In this document: positions 9,362-19,558 of the stretch, in pieces | Position numbering within the stretch: position 1 is the first letter of the stretch | How the letters are laid out: the number at the start of each line of letters is the position of its first letter | Assembly: GCA_001873215.1 (NCBI GenBank) | Contig: MNYS01000008.1 | Span: forward strand, 2,657-66,656 | Source of the DNA: Candidatus Levybacteria bacterium CG2_30_37_29 | GTDB taxonomy: Bacteria; Patescibacteriota; Microgenomatia; Levybacterales; GWA1-39-11 | Length of the DNA stretch: 64,000 nt | Direction of reading: 5' to 3' | Program-made: the position numbers and the translations under genes | The notes under the pieces: model-generated | Seen by the model: the letters and a program-made list of their open reading frames with translations, nothing else | Told to the model about the DNA's origin: nothing | Database searches by the model: none

Positions 9362-9874
9362 TCAGCTAGTTGCTCCCCAGCGCGCCGCAGCGGAAATTAT
9401 AAATCCCATCGCACCGATAAGAAGACCAAGAATAGCAACGAGTCCTGAAAGCCGAATGGCAAAACTACGAAGCTTTAAATGATCCATATCCTTATTCTCG
9501 AGGAGGGTAATGAATAACACCGTCACGGCAATCGGAATAATGAATAGAAAAATATGCTCTTTTGTTTCCATGATGATATTATGCGCCCATGGCGCAAGAC
9601 CGCTTTTGATTACAGGCTTTACAAGCGTTCCATAATAAACAACGTAGTAATATCCACCGGCAACCCAGCTTATAATAAAAGCAGAAACGCCTATTAATGC
9701 TGTTACAAACTTGCTCTTGAGTGAAGAACTATTATCTTTAAATTTTCCTAGAAGCCATAAAAATGCATCAATTCCGATAATAGCAAAGCCAAGGTGAATG
9801 CCTATAAGAACGGGTTTGTTTTGAAGTATGGAAATTATATCCATAAAACAATAGTAAACAAAAAAATACCACAA
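9362..9874 (-). CDS. integral membrane protein
   Basis: ORF with 4-5 TM segments. An alternative ATG lies at 9844. Confidence 0.35.
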   Translation of the reverse strand: MWYFFVYYCFMDIISILQNKPVLIGIHLGFAIIGIDAFLWLLGKFKDNSSSLKSKFVTALIGVSAFIISWVAGGYYYVVYYGTLVKPVIKSGLAPWAHNIIMETKEHIFLFIIPIAVTVLFITLLENKDMDHLKLRSFAIRLSGLVAILGLLIGAMGFIISAAARWGATS

Positions 9875-9925
9875 TGCAAGTTAGCATTAATTCTTTATAA
9901 AGATAATCCTGATATAATATGGGAT

Positions 9926-10927
9926 ATGGCATTAATTGATGATGTACGAATAAAAGTTAAGGCTGGAAACGGAGGAAACGGAGCAAAATCTTTTCTTACT
10001 ATTACCGGAAATCCGAAAACATTTGCTGACGGAGGAAATGGCGGGCGGGGTGGAAGCGTCTATTTTCAAGCCTCAAATAACATTTCGGATTTAAGTCAAT
10101 TCCGTTTTACTAAAGTAGTTGCTGCAAAAAATGGTCAGAACGGAATGAAAAAAAATCTATTCGGAAAAAAAGGCGAAGACGCGCTTATTCTCGTTCCACC
10201 CGGAACTCAAATTATTAACGAATCGATAGATGAACAGACGGAAATTATAGACCTTGACGTTCCAATCCTTATAGCAAAAGGCGGAGGAGGCGGGCAGGGA
10301 AATCATAATTACAAGCCTGATGCCAGACGCTACGTTCCGCAAAATGAAGTTGGAGGGGCAGGAGAAGAAAAAGACTTACATTTGATATTAAATTTAATCG
10401 CTGATATTGGTCTTATCGGTCTTCCTAATGCAGGAAAAAGTTCGCTTTTAAAAATTCTCACAAATGCAACACCAAAAATCGGAGATTATCTTTTTACGAC
10501 ACTTGAGCCAAATCTCGGAACGGTTCCTGCCAGCCATGATTCGCAAGGCGATGCAGGCGGGGGTAAAATTATTCTTGCAGACATTCCGGGGCTTATTGAG
10601 GGAGCATCTCTTGGCAAAGGGTTAGGTGTAAAATTCCTAAAGCATATTGAGAAAACAAAAATTCTTATGCACTGTATAGACGCACAGGATGCGGATATTC
10701 TCAAAACTTACGAGACAGTACGACGTGAATTTAAAGAATATAGCCAAAAACTTCTTGAAAAAGAGGAAATTATTTTAATTACAAAAAAAGATCTTGTGAG
10801 CTCTAAAAAATTAAAAGAACAAATCACTCTTTTGAAAAAATTTAAGAGGAAAATCCAGCCCGTATCAATTTATGAAGAAACAAGCATTAACACGCTCAAG
10901 GAATTAATCGAATCTTTCAAAATGTAG
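9926..10927 (+). CDS. obg: GTPase Obg
   Basis: Gly-rich Obg fold (GNGGNGAKSF, GGNGGRGGSVYF) followed by the G-domain GLIGLPNAGKSSLL. The start was moved to the in-frame ATG at 9926 to avoid overlapping the upstream membrane gene. Confidence 0.85.
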   Translation: MALIDDVRIKVKAGNGGNGAKSFLTITGNPKTFADGGNGGRGGSVYFQASNNISDLSQFRFTKVVAAKNGQNGMKKNLFGKKGEDALILVPPGTQIINESIDEQTEIIDLDVPILIAKGGGGGQGNHNYKPDARRYVPQNEVGGAGEEKDLHLILNLIADIGLIGLPNAGKSSLLKILTNATPKIGDYLFTTLEPNLGTVPASHDSQGDAGGGKIILADIPGLIEGASLGKGLGVKFLKHIEKTKILMHCIDAQDADILKTYETVRREFKEYSQKLLEKEEIILITKKDLVSSKKLKEQITLLKKFKRKIQPVSIYEETSINTLKELIESFKM

Positions 10928-10957
10928 GTTTTAACCCAAAAATAGTATATTTACAAC

Positions 10958-11407
10958 ATGGAAATTATTGTCAGACCTTTAAAATTAGAAGATTACGAAC
11001 AGGTAAAAAACGTAGACATCTTAACTCAAATTCAATATTTGGGCGAAAACTGGGAAAATAATGAAAATAAGTTAATTTCTAAAAAATCCGAGTTCGAAAC
11101 TAACGCGAATACAGGTTTTTCACTTGTTGCTGAAATAAACGAAAAATTAGTAGGATTTCTTTTTGCTCACGAAACGCTCCCATTTCCGGGCACTCTACAT
11201 ATTAGACACATTGCTATATTACCAGAACACCAAGGTAAGGGAATAGGCGTTAAGCTTTACGAAAAACTTGTAGAAATTGCAAAAGCTAAAAATATACAAA
11301 GAATTGAATCATATATAAACGACGACAATCCTAATTCTCAAAAACTTCACGAAAAAGTAGGATTTAGATTAAGAAAGTGGTGGAGAGGAGAATTGAGAAT
11401 AAAATAA
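10958..11407 (+). CDS. GNAT-family N-acetyltransferase
   Basis: Acetyl-CoA binding motif HQGKGIGVKLYEKLVE. Confidence 0.65.
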   Translation: MEIIVRPLKLEDYEQVKNVDILTQIQYLGENWENNENKLISKKSEFETNANTGFSLVAEINEKLVGFLFAHETLPFPGTLHIRHIAILPEHQGKGIGVKLYEKLVEIAKAKNIQRIESYINDDNPNSQKLHEKVGFRLRKWWRGELRIK

Positions 11408-11499
11408 CCAACGAAAAACTGCAGACCGATGCAGAAAAAATCGGAAAGTTTTAATGCTGTGGGCTAGGTGGGACTCGAACCCAAACTTAATCCGCTTTC

Positions 11500-12198
11500 T
11501 TAAAAACGTTTGGTATACGTATTGTCCTGAAGCGCTTTAACTCCACTTGCCTCCATCTTCTCTCTAAGCGCAATATTACCGGCAAAAGGCTCCCTCGTTT
11601 TTAGCTTCCCAAAAAAATCTTTGTATTTAGGATTAACTATTCCCAAAACTTTCTCTGCAGAGACAAAAAGAACTTTTATGTCTCTAGCGTAAAACTCGTT
11701 CAATATCTGTCTGAATTCCGGATCATCGTTTCCAAGTAATGTCCCAAGTTTGACAAAAGTTACAACAGATCTTTCAATATGGTAATCGTTTGTGACCATT
11801 GCAATTGGCCCTTTCCAGTCGTTATCAACTGCCATCATTACCATTTCCTTAAATTCGTCACGGGTACTTCTGGATTTTTCCTGAAGAGTTATACGCTTAG
11901 GATCAACACCGTGTTTTTCCAGCTGTTGAGCATATACTTTTGCATGGGAAGTTTTCGTCTGGTTATCGATAGAATTTGTTATTATCGGCGCGTTTGGAAA
12001 AAGTTTCGCCATTTCAGCCGCCGCAAGCATTCTATATACGCCGCCTAAATAACCGTATGCATTACCATCTGCAAAATCACCATCAAAAATAGTAGTTGCC
12101 CGCAGACGCTTTACATTTCCTTCTTTGTCAACAACAGGGGCAATTCCGCCGCTCATAAGAAAAAGAATTTGGGGCTCACCTCCGATAAGCTGAACCAC
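11500..12198 (-). CDS. hypothetical Rossmann-like protein (DUF)
   Basis: The ORF as tracked (to 12279) runs into tRNA-Leu on the same strand. A GTG at 12198 is the first start clear of the tRNA. Confidence 0.4.
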   Translation of the reverse strand: MVQLIGGEPQILFLMSGGIAPVVDKEGNVKRLRATTIFDGDFADGNAYGYLGGVYRMLAAAEMAKLFPNAPIITNSIDNQTKTSHAKVYAQQLEKHGVDPKRITLQEKSRSTRDEFKEMVMMAVDNDWKGPIAMVTNDYHIERSVVTFVKLGTLLGNDDPEFRQILNEFYARDIKVLFVSAEKVLGIVNPKYKDFFGKLKTREPFAGNIALREKMEASGVKALQDNTYTKRF

Positions 12199-12250
12199 CT
12201 CGTTTTTGAGAAGTTCCGGTTCGGGTGTATTTTCTCGATTCTCTTTCATG

Positions 12251-12333
12251 TGCCGCGGGGGAGAGTCGAACTCCCACACCCTTGCGGATAAAGGCTCTTA
12301 AGGCCTTCGTGTCTGCCATTCCACCACCGCGGC
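12251..12333 (-). tRNA. tRNA-Leu(TAA), long variable arm
   Basis: GCCGCGG acceptor, anticodon loop CUUAAGA, long variable arm UAUCCGCAAGGGUGU, GGGAGUUCGACUCUCCC T-arm. Confidence 0.85.
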
Positions 12334-12374
12334 AAGTTTTGTATCTAGTATTGTACGAGATTGGCGACTTTATA

Positions 12375-13343
12375 TCAAGAATGTGGTGGAGGAGTGACAC
12401 CTAATGTTTTAAGCGAATAATCAAGTAATTCTGCCATTTCCTGTCTCCTATTTTGACTGTTAAGTAGTACTGCAATAATTTTATGTCCTTGGTATTCAAG
12501 GTATGTTACAAGACATAGCCCTGCTTCATCTGTATATCCTGTTTTTACACCTTTTACGCCGGGGTAGGTTGTCAGTAGGTTTGTTTCGTTAAAAAGCGAA
12601 AATTCTTTATGAGTATTTGTTGGTGGAATATAATATTCATTTGATGCAACAATTTTTGCAAAATCAGTTTTTTTAAGAGCGTAGTTTGTAATCACAAGCA
12701 GGTCGTAAGCCGTTGAATATTGATTACCGTCTCCTTCAAGACCACTTGGATTTGTAAAATGAGTATTTGAAAGTCCAAGATCTTCTGCTTTTTTATTCAT
12801 AAGAAAAACGAAATTATCTCTTCCAAAAGTACTCCCGGAAGCAATAGTTTCTGCCGCATCGTTTCCCGAATGAAGCATTAGACCATAAAGCAAATCCTCA
12901 ATAGTTAGAATCTCACCGGCCGAAAGCCCCATTGAATCCTCGCCAATTTCTGCAGCATTTTTTCCTACCTCAATAGTTTTGGTAATTTTATTGTTTTCCA
13001 AAACAACAACAGCTGTCATAATTTTTGTAAGCGAAGCTATTGGCAGATGTTCTTTAATATTTTTTTCATACAGGAGTGTATCGCTTGTAAGATCATATGA
13101 TATAGCAGAAACTGCTGTTACCGCAGGTTTTTTTGCAAAAATTTCTAAAACAGAATTAATTTTGGGTTTCCAATTTTCTGCGTTTTCAAAAACGTTTGGA
13201 ATTGATTTTGAAAGAAGTACCGGAAGAGGGGAGACGATACTAAATGTTTGTGTATGCTCGGCAATTGTTAAAATGAAAGGATATAAAAAAAACGATACGC
13301 AAAAAATAATTGTTGTAAAAAGCAAAATTGATATCTTTTTCAT
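12375..13343 (-). CDS. dacA: D-alanyl-D-alanine carboxypeptidase (PBP5/6-like serine peptidase S11)
   Basis: SLTKIMT (SxxK) and SGND (SxN) motifs, N-terminal signal anchor. Confidence 0.75.
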   Translation of the reverse strand: MKKISILLFTTIIFCVSFFLYPFILTIAEHTQTFSIVSPLPVLLSKSIPNVFENAENWKPKINSVLEIFAKKPAVTAVSAISYDLTSDTLLYEKNIKEHLPIASLTKIMTAVVVLENNKITKTIEVGKNAAEIGEDSMGLSAGEILTIEDLLYGLMLHSGNDAAETIASGSTFGRDNFVFLMNKKAEDLGLSNTHFTNPSGLEGDGNQYSTAYDLLVITNYALKKTDFAKIVASNEYYIPPTNTHKEFSLFNETNLLTTYPGVKGVKTGYTDEAGLCLVTYLEYQGHKIIAVLLNSQNRRQEMAELLDYSLKTLGVTPPPHS

Positions 13344-13399
13344 TTTGTATTTAAACGGATAATATTTGAGTATATATCATCTTCTTTTAAAAATACCGA

Positions 13400-14032
13400 T
13401 TGACTAAACATATTACTTTGAGTATCATACGTCTTATGTTAAAAACAACAACAAATTACGAAAAGCATTCAAATAAAAATCCTTTCCAGCAATTTTTAAT
13501 CAATAGATTTTATAAAAAATTATTTGAAATTATTAAGCCGTTGAAGCCTAATTCTGTTCTGGACGCAGGAGCAGGAGAAGGATTTACTCTTGTCAAACTT
13601 GCCAGATGCAAAATTGGAAAACGCGTCGAAGGAATCGACAATTCGGAAAGAGCCGTAAAAATTGGAAAGAAAATGTATCCCGGCCTAAATCTTATACAAG
13701 GAGATATCTACAATCTTCCGTACAAAGACAACAGCTTTGATATTGTTTTATGCACCGAAGTATTAGAACATTTAGAAGACCCGGGGAGAGCTCTTGAAGA
13801 ATTGAAGAGAGTGACAAAAAAATATATTATGCTTACAGTCCCAAATGAACCCTTTTTCAGGTTAGCAAACTTTTTTCGAGGAAAATATATTTTAAATTTC
13901 GGGAATCATCCGGAGCATATAAATCTTTGGACAAGTCATAGTTTTGAAAATTTTGTTAAATCAAAAAAGCTAAGAATTTCTTCAAAAAAATATTCATTTC
14001 CATGGACGCTTATTCTTGCAAGAAAGCAGTAG
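13400..14032 (+). CDS. class I SAM-dependent methyltransferase
   Basis: VLDAGAGEG SAM-binding motif, Methyltransf_11-like. Confidence 0.6.
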   Translation: MTKHITLSIIRLMLKTTTNYEKHSNKNPFQQFLINRFYKKLFEIIKPLKPNSVLDAGAGEGFTLVKLARCKIGKRVEGIDNSERAVKIGKKMYPGLNLIQGDIYNLPYKDNSFDIVLCTEVLEHLEDPGRALEELKRVTKKYIMLTVPNEPFFRLANFFRGKYILNFGNHPEHINLWTSHSFENFVKSKKLRISSKKYSFPWTLILARKQ

Positions 14033-14041
14033 ATTGTGAAG

Positions 14042-14527
14042 CTAAGAGTTCTTTTGACCTCTTTTTATAAGTTTTGGAACATAAATAATTTCACGAATGA
14101 TTCCATCTTCTCCTGCAATTTCGTTTACTCCCGACATTCGTTGATATTCCGACAAATAACTTGCAAGACTTTCCTTTGCTTCTTTTAACTCTAGCTTTAT
14201 TCCTTTGAACTTTTCAAAAACGTGTGCAACGTCCGGTCTTTTCAAAATTTCATTTTTTGTAGCAGTTTTTATTCGTTGCGCTTCTTTTGCCGCAGCCGAG
14301 TGTGCCTTAAAAGTTTCATCGTTTTCAAAAATACTATCAAGCATTTCTTTCTGAATACGTACCTCTTCCGTTAATTTATCAATAGAGGAAATATTGCTTT
14401 TTATCATCCCTTCCAAATTTAGAAGAACAATAGCTTCTCCGTCTTGCGCGTTTTGAACTTTTGGTTCTTCAACAATTTCTGCATCTAATACAGTGTCTAA
14501 AGAATTTGTTTTGTCATCCACAGACAA
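14042..14527 (-). CDS. hypothetical coiled-coil protein
   Basis: Charged helical ORF, no family recognised. Confidence 0.3.
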   Translation of the reverse strand: MSVDDKTNSLDTVLDAEIVEEPKVQNAQDGEAIVLLNLEGMIKSNISSIDKLTEEVRIQKEMLDSIFENDETFKAHSAAAKEAQRIKTATKNEILKRPDVAHVFEKFKGIKLELKEAKESLASYLSEYQRMSGVNEIAGEDGIIREIIYVPKLIKRGQKNS

Positions 14528-14567
14528 TAACTATATAAAATAAAGCTTGTTAAAATCAAGAGGCAAT

Positions 14568-15236
14568 TTACTGACTTATGAAGTATTTAATTTTCGCTTT
14601 CTTTTGCAGGTCGTCTAAAAGCTTTTGGAATTGAGAATCATATTTTTGTTGTTTTAACTGTTGTTTTACTTGTTCTTTTGTGTCAGCAGGATTTGATCCT
14701 TCCGGAATACTTGCCTGGTTTTTAGAAATAAAATCATTGATTTCCGCATCTGTTATATTTACGTCTTTGGAAATCATTTTATCAACAAGTTTTTGAAGAC
14801 GAATCCTTTCTTCCAAATCTGCCCTTGTCATACCCTGCGACACTAACAATGTATCAAGTTTTTGTCCTTGTTTTGTAACCGTTTCTTCAATTTTTTTAAT
14901 TTCAGATTTAACTTCGCTGTCAGCGACTTTCAAATTTCTTTTCTGTGCTTCCTGCATAACAAGCATCTTTGAAATAATATTATTAAGAGTTTTCTTTCCG
15001 TCCGCTTTTTGTAATTCCTGATAAAAAGATAGGCTAGTTATAGGCGTTCCGTTAACAGTCGCTACAACAAAAACTCCTTTAAAATAGTAAATGAGGCCAA
15101 TAACAATAACAGCTAAAAGACCAATAATGATTTGTTTTTTGTGTCCCGCCAATCCTGAAGACTTAATATCGCGGGGTTCCGGATTTTTAACCGCTAAAGT
15201 TTTTTTTACTGTCTTTGAAGCTTTTTTTGTTGGCAT
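14568..15236 (-). CDS. SurA N-terminal-domain chaperone-like protein
   Basis: TM anchor followed by a SurA_N-like helical region. Start trimmed to MPTKK. Confidence 0.5.
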   Translation of the reverse strand: MPTKKASKTVKKTLAVKNPEPRDIKSSGLAGHKKQIIIGLLAVIVIGLIYYFKGVFVVATVNGTPITSLSFYQELQKADGKKTLNNIISKMLVMQEAQKRNLKVADSEVKSEIKKIEETVTKQGQKLDTLLVSQGMTRADLEERIRLQKLVDKMISKDVNITDAEINDFISKNQASIPEGSNPADTKEQVKQQLKQQKYDSQFQKLLDDLQKKAKIKYFISQ

Positions 15237-15278
15237 GAAAAAATTATAACATAAATAATATTTTTTGCACAAGCAAAT

Positions 15279-16688
15279 TTGAAGAATTACCAAGTATGGC
15301 TGTATAATACAGTGATGAAGAAAATTGTGACATATACTGTCTTGTTTTATTTACGGGTATTTACAAAACTGGCAATTTTTTTAGGTAAGCCGATAATTAT
15401 TGGCGTTGCTGGTTCTGTTGGTAAATCTTCTACCAGAAATGCTTTATATGCAATTTTTAAAGATAATTCTAAAACTTTTGTAGCAGAGGGCAACTCGGAA
15501 ACCGGGATTCCGCTTGGAATCTTAGGCATAGAAACAAAAGGATTTGGATTTTTTGATTGGATTTCTTATTGTTTAAAAGCTCCTTTTAAAATTTTTAACA
15601 TACGTTCCTATAAATATTTAATTGTTGAGATGGGAATTGACGATCCGTATCCACCAAAAAACATGGAATATCTTCTTTCGATTTTAAAACCGGATATTGC
15701 AGTTTCACTAAACATAGCAGGTCCTCACTTTGAACAATTTGAAAAAACTCTTCTTGGTGCTCCTGACGCGATAAAAGACGATTCTAAAAAAAGGCTCGAC
15801 TTTATTTTGCAAAAAATGGCAGAAGAGGATACAAAAATAATTACAAAATCCAACTGCAGAATAGGAGTATACAATTCAGATGACGAAAATATAGTAAATG
15901 CTCTTTCTTCTCTTGATAAAAATTCGCAAACAAAACTTCTTTCTTTTGGAACTTCAAATAGAGCTTCTATCTGGTACAAGTCTTACTCTGTAACAAATTC
16001 AGGAACAAAATTTTCATATGTAATTTCGGATACAAAAAAAATTGTAACTCTTGATTTTCCAAATCTTTTGCTTCCCAAAGCATACAGAGAAGTCTTTGCT
16101 TCTTCGCTTCTTACTGCAATTTCAAGCGGCATAAATCTTCCAAATGCTATAAATTCTTTATTGAAAAACTTTTATTTGCCCGCCGGCAGGTCAACAATTC
16201 TTAAAGGAGTAAGAAAAACTACAATTATTGATTCTTCATATAACGCTCCAAAAAAGGCAACTCTTGAATTTCTTGCACTGTGCGAACAACTCAAAAAAAA
16301 TACAGGAAAAAAGCTTGTTTTTCTCATGGGAGACATGAGAGAGCTTGGTCAGGAATCAGAAATTGAACACAATGAAGTTGCAAATGAAATTATTAAAGCT
16401 GTTGATTTTCTATATTGCGTAGGAACTCTTACCCAAAAATATATTATGCCAATAGTGGATAAAAAAGTTAAAAGTATGTGGTTTGAAAATTATAAAAAAG
16501 CTGGAGAGTATTTGAAAGATAACATTCCTCAAAATTCACTCGTTTTGGTAAAGGGTTCTCAAAACACTATTTTTCTTGAGGAAGCAATTAAATATCTTCT
16601 GAAAGATAAAGAGGACGAAAAAAAACTATGCAGGCAAGACGATTATTGGTTAAAAATTAAAAAATTAAATTTTTCCAAGAGTTCTTAG
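15279..16688 (+). CDS. murF: Mur ligase family, MurF-like (UDP-MurNAc-tripeptide--D-Ala-D-Ala ligase)
   Basis: IIIGVAGSVGKSST P-loop, MGDMRELG motif, three Mur ligase domains. Confidence 0.65.
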   Translation: MKNYQVWLYNTVMKKIVTYTVLFYLRVFTKLAIFLGKPIIIGVAGSVGKSSTRNALYAIFKDNSKTFVAEGNSETGIPLGILGIETKGFGFFDWISYCLKAPFKIFNIRSYKYLIVEMGIDDPYPPKNMEYLLSILKPDIAVSLNIAGPHFEQFEKTLLGAPDAIKDDSKKRLDFILQKMAEEDTKIITKSNCRIGVYNSDDENIVNALSSLDKNSQTKLLSFGTSNRASIWYKSYSVTNSGTKFSYVISDTKKIVTLDFPNLLLPKAYREVFASSLLTAISSGINLPNAINSLLKNFYLPAGRSTILKGVRKTTIIDSSYNAPKKATLEFLALCEQLKKNTGKKLVFLMGDMRELGQESEIEHNEVANEIIKAVDFLYCVGTLTQKYIMPIVDKKVKSMWFENYKKAGEYLKDNIPQNSLVLVKGSQNTIFLEEAIKYLLKDKEDEKKLCRQDDYWLKIKKLNFSKSS

Positions 16689-17888
16689 CGCAAAACTTAC
16701 TTCTTCGTGTTCGCTCCATTTTTCCTCACCATGTCCATAATTCATTGATTGTTCATGCCCTTTACCAGTAATCAAAACTATATCTTTTGATTGAGCAAGG
16801 CTTATAGCAAACCCTATTGCTTCTTTTCTGTCTTTTATTTTGTAATATACCCGTTTTCCGGAAAGCGGCTTTTCCTTATCAGCAAGATATGTAAAATCTT
16901 TCTGTATTCCAGCCTCTATTTGCTGCATTATTCTCTCAACGGGTTCTGATCTTGGATCTTCGGATGTTAAAATAATTATGTCAGAATATGTGCTCGCGGC
17001 CTTTCCCATTTCTTCCCTTTTGGAACTGTCACGTTGTCCAGCCGCTCCAAACACATGTATAATTCTTCCATTTTTTGTACCCGAAAGGGCAAAAAGCATT
17101 TTATTCAACGCATTTGGTGTATGCGCAAAATCGATAACAATAGTAAAATCCTTATCGTATACAATTTCCTGTCTTCCGACCGGAGGCTTAAATTCTTCGA
17201 TTGTTTTTTTAATAATATCCTCATCTACTCCAATTTCTTTTGAGCACGCTGCCGCTGCAAGACAATTGTAAAAATTAAATTCGCCTACAAGATTTGTTTT
17301 AAAAGGGAAAGATATTTTTGTTATGTCTGCATTTTTATTTTTCAAGGAATAAGTTATAAGCTTGGCTGAATCAAATTTTTCAGAAATAATTTCAAAGGAG
17401 GAATCATCCATATTAACAACTGCTTTTTTGGCAGCCGACAAAAGTTTTAACTTTGACTCAATGTATCTTTTCTGTGTTTTGTGGTAATCAAGGTGTTCGT
17501 GGGTAATATTTGTTAATACACCGATTTGAAAATTTATCCCATAAGTCCTATTTTGATCAAGAGCATGCGAAGTTGTTTCAATTATTGCGTATTCGCATCC
17601 ACTTTCAACGGCTTTTTGTAAATATTTTTGCAAAGAAAAAGCGGATGGAGTAGTGGTGTGAAATCCCGTCTCATAAAGCGTATCGTCAATATACGCGCCA
17701 ATCGTACTAATTAAAGCTGTTTTTTTACCGCTATTTTTCAAAATCTCATACAAAAGCGTTCCCGTAGTTGTTTTTCCGTCTGTTCCGGTAATGCCTATTA
17801 CAAAAAGTTTTTTTCCGGGATTTTTGTAATATAAACAGGCGATGGTTGCAAAAGATTTGTGACCCGTATTTTTCAATTTTCTAAACAT
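16665..17888 (-). CDS. murE: Mur ligase family, MurE-like
   Basis: GITGTDGKTTT P-loop and DFAHTPNAL motif. Shorter than canonical MurE. Confidence 0.6.
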   Translation of the reverse strand: MFRKLKNTGHKSFATIACLYYKNPGKKLFVIGITGTDGKTTTGTLLYEILKNSGKKTALISTIGAYIDDTLYETGFHTTTPSAFSLQKYLQKAVESGCEYAIIETTSHALDQNRTYGINFQIGVLTNITHEHLDYHKTQKRYIESKLKLLSAAKKAVVNMDDSSFEIISEKFDSAKLITYSLKNKNADITKISFPFKTNLVGEFNFYNCLAAAACSKEIGVDEDIIKKTIEEFKPPVGRQEIVYDKDFTIVIDFAHTPNALNKMLFALSGTKNGRIIHVFGAAGQRDSSKREEMGKAASTYSDIIILTSEDPRSEPVERIMQQIEAGIQKDFTYLADKEKPLSGKRVYYKIKDRKEAIGFAISLAQSKDIVLITGKGHEQSMNYGHGEEKWSEHEEVSFALRTLGKI

Positions 17889-18009
17889 ATGTTCTTATTA
17901 TACCTAAAAACTCAAAAAGAAGTCATTTCGCCAAAACGATAATGCATGTGTTTAGATTAAAAATTAAATATAAAGCTTCAATTTCCTCTAATAATAAAAC
18001 TTCTTTCTC

Positions 18010-18038
18010 TTGACAATAATTTTTTTTATGCTTAGACT
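18010..18038 (+). promoter_or_regulatory. sigma70-like promoter
   Basis: TTGACA, 17-nt spacer, TAGACT. A strong RBS AGGAGGTG lies 3 nt before the GTG start of the downstream gene. Confidence 0.35.
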
Positions 18039-18069
18039 CAAATTAGTACAAGAATCTGAAAGGAGGTGA

Positions 18070-18288
18070 GTGATTTTGAAAAACAATAAAATGCTTCATA
18101 TGGTCGCATATTTACTTCTTTGGGTTGGCGGACTTAACTGGGGACTTATAGGACTTTTAAATTTTGACCTTGTAAATACAGTCCTGGGAACATGGCCAAC
18201 AGCTGTAAAAGTAGTATATATCTTAGTCGGTCTTTCAGCAGTATATGTATTTGCAATGCATAAAGGAGATTGCAAAGTTTGCAAATAG
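18070..18288 (+). CDS. DUF378-family small membrane protein
   Basis: Two TM helices with a GGLNWGLIG motif. Confidence 0.5.
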   Translation: MILKNNKMLHMVAYLLLWVGGLNWGLIGLLNFDLVNTVLGTWPTAVKVVYILVGLSAVYVFAMHKGDCKVCK

Positions 18289-18319
18289 AGCTCTGCCTGT
18301 ATCGTGATATAATTACATA

Positions 18320-19549
18320 ATGGCGCAAGATGCACTTTATGTATTTATATTGGGACGAAACGTTGATCTCTCATGCACTGAACTTTTATGCGTATTTAGA
18401 GAAAACAACATTCCATACAAACTTATTCAAAACTCCAATGAAGTAGCGCTTGTTGAGAGTAGAAATAATTTAGATATTGAGTTTTTAAATAAAACGCTTG
18501 GAGGTACGGTGAAAATAGGCAAAGTAGTTTCAGATATACCTCTTGATTCAAATTTAAATAGCGCGTTTTCAAGTGATTTCTTACAAAAGTTTTTTTTTCA
18601 ACAAAATTCAACCAAAGTGGAATTTGGAATAAGTCTTTATGTTTGCGGAGGAAAAAATGATACTTTGTCAAAACTTCAAAGTCAACTTGACAATATAGCA
18701 AAAAGCATTAAGGAAACACTTTTGGAAAATGGAATAAAGTCGCATTACCCAAGGCTTGATAAAAGGTTTTTGTCTTCCGCGTCCGTTGGAAAAAATAAGG
18801 TTCTTGAGAATGGAGCAGAGATTTTATTGATTCTTTGTCAAGATAAAATTTTAATTGCAAAAACCCAGGCCATACAGGAATTTGAAGAATTTAGCCAAAG
18901 AGATTATGGACGACCGGTCAGAGATGTGTCATCCGGAACTATGCCTCCAAAGCTTGCCAGAATTATGATAAATCTTGCGCAAATCGAAAAAAAAGACAAA
19001 TTACTTGACCCTTTTTGCGGAAGCGGAACTATTTTACAGGAAGCTTTAATTCTTGGATACAAAAATGTTGAAGGATCAGATAATTCACAAAAAGCGGTCA
19101 CCGACTCAAAATTAAATCTTGAATGGGCAAAAGATAAATTGAATCTTGATATAAGTTCTGTAAAAATTGAAGAAGCTGATGTAAAAATCCTATCTAAATT
19201 TATAAAACCGGAATCTGTTGATACAATTGTAACAGAGCCGTATTTGGGACCTACATTACAAAAAAGAGCAGAGTATTCTGAAATCTCCCATACTCTTTCC
19301 GACTTAAAAAGTCTTTATCTGTATGCTTTTTCGGAGTTTTTTAAAATATTAAAACGTAGTGCAACAGTAATTATTGTTTTTCCGGCTTTTCCTTATTACA
19401 AAACTTCGCATTATTTGAATATAAAAGAAGAAATAGAACAGTTGGGATTTGAACAAATGCCTTTAAGTCAAACGGTGCGAAAATCAATTATCGTGGGGGA
19501 CAGAAATGATTTTGTGTTAAGGGAAATTGTGAAGTTTAAAAAAATTTAA
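18320..19549 (+). CDS. putative RNA (guanine-N2/adenine-N6) methyltransferase, UPF0020/THUMP-associated class
   Basis: SAM-binding DPFCGSGT motif and a downstream catalytic region. Confidence 0.5.
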   Translation: MAQDALYVFILGRNVDLSCTELLCVFRENNIPYKLIQNSNEVALVESRNNLDIEFLNKTLGGTVKIGKVVSDIPLDSNLNSAFSSDFLQKFFFQQNSTKVEFGISLYVCGGKNDTLSKLQSQLDNIAKSIKETLLENGIKSHYPRLDKRFLSSASVGKNKVLENGAEILLILCQDKILIAKTQAIQEFEEFSQRDYGRPVRDVSSGTMPPKLARIMINLAQIEKKDKLLDPFCGSGTILQEALILGYKNVEGSDNSQKAVTDSKLNLEWAKDKLNLDISSVKIEEADVKILSKFIKPESVDTIVTEPYLGPTLQKRAEYSEISHTLSDLKSLYLYAFSEFFKILKRSATVIIVFPAFPYYKTSHYLNIKEEIEQLGFEQMPLSQTVRKSIIVGDRNDFVLREIVKFKKI

Positions 19550-19558
19550 ACCTCAACA

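Noticed and set aside
11461-11545. Full-length tRNA at 11461
   Set aside because: Only a T-arm plus acceptor 3' strand is present. No acceptor 5' strand, D-arm or anticodon arm can be built from the adjacent sequence.
12176-12400. ORF 12176..12400(-)
   Set aside because: Overlaps tRNA-Leu(TAA). Arg-rich translation of tRNA antisense.
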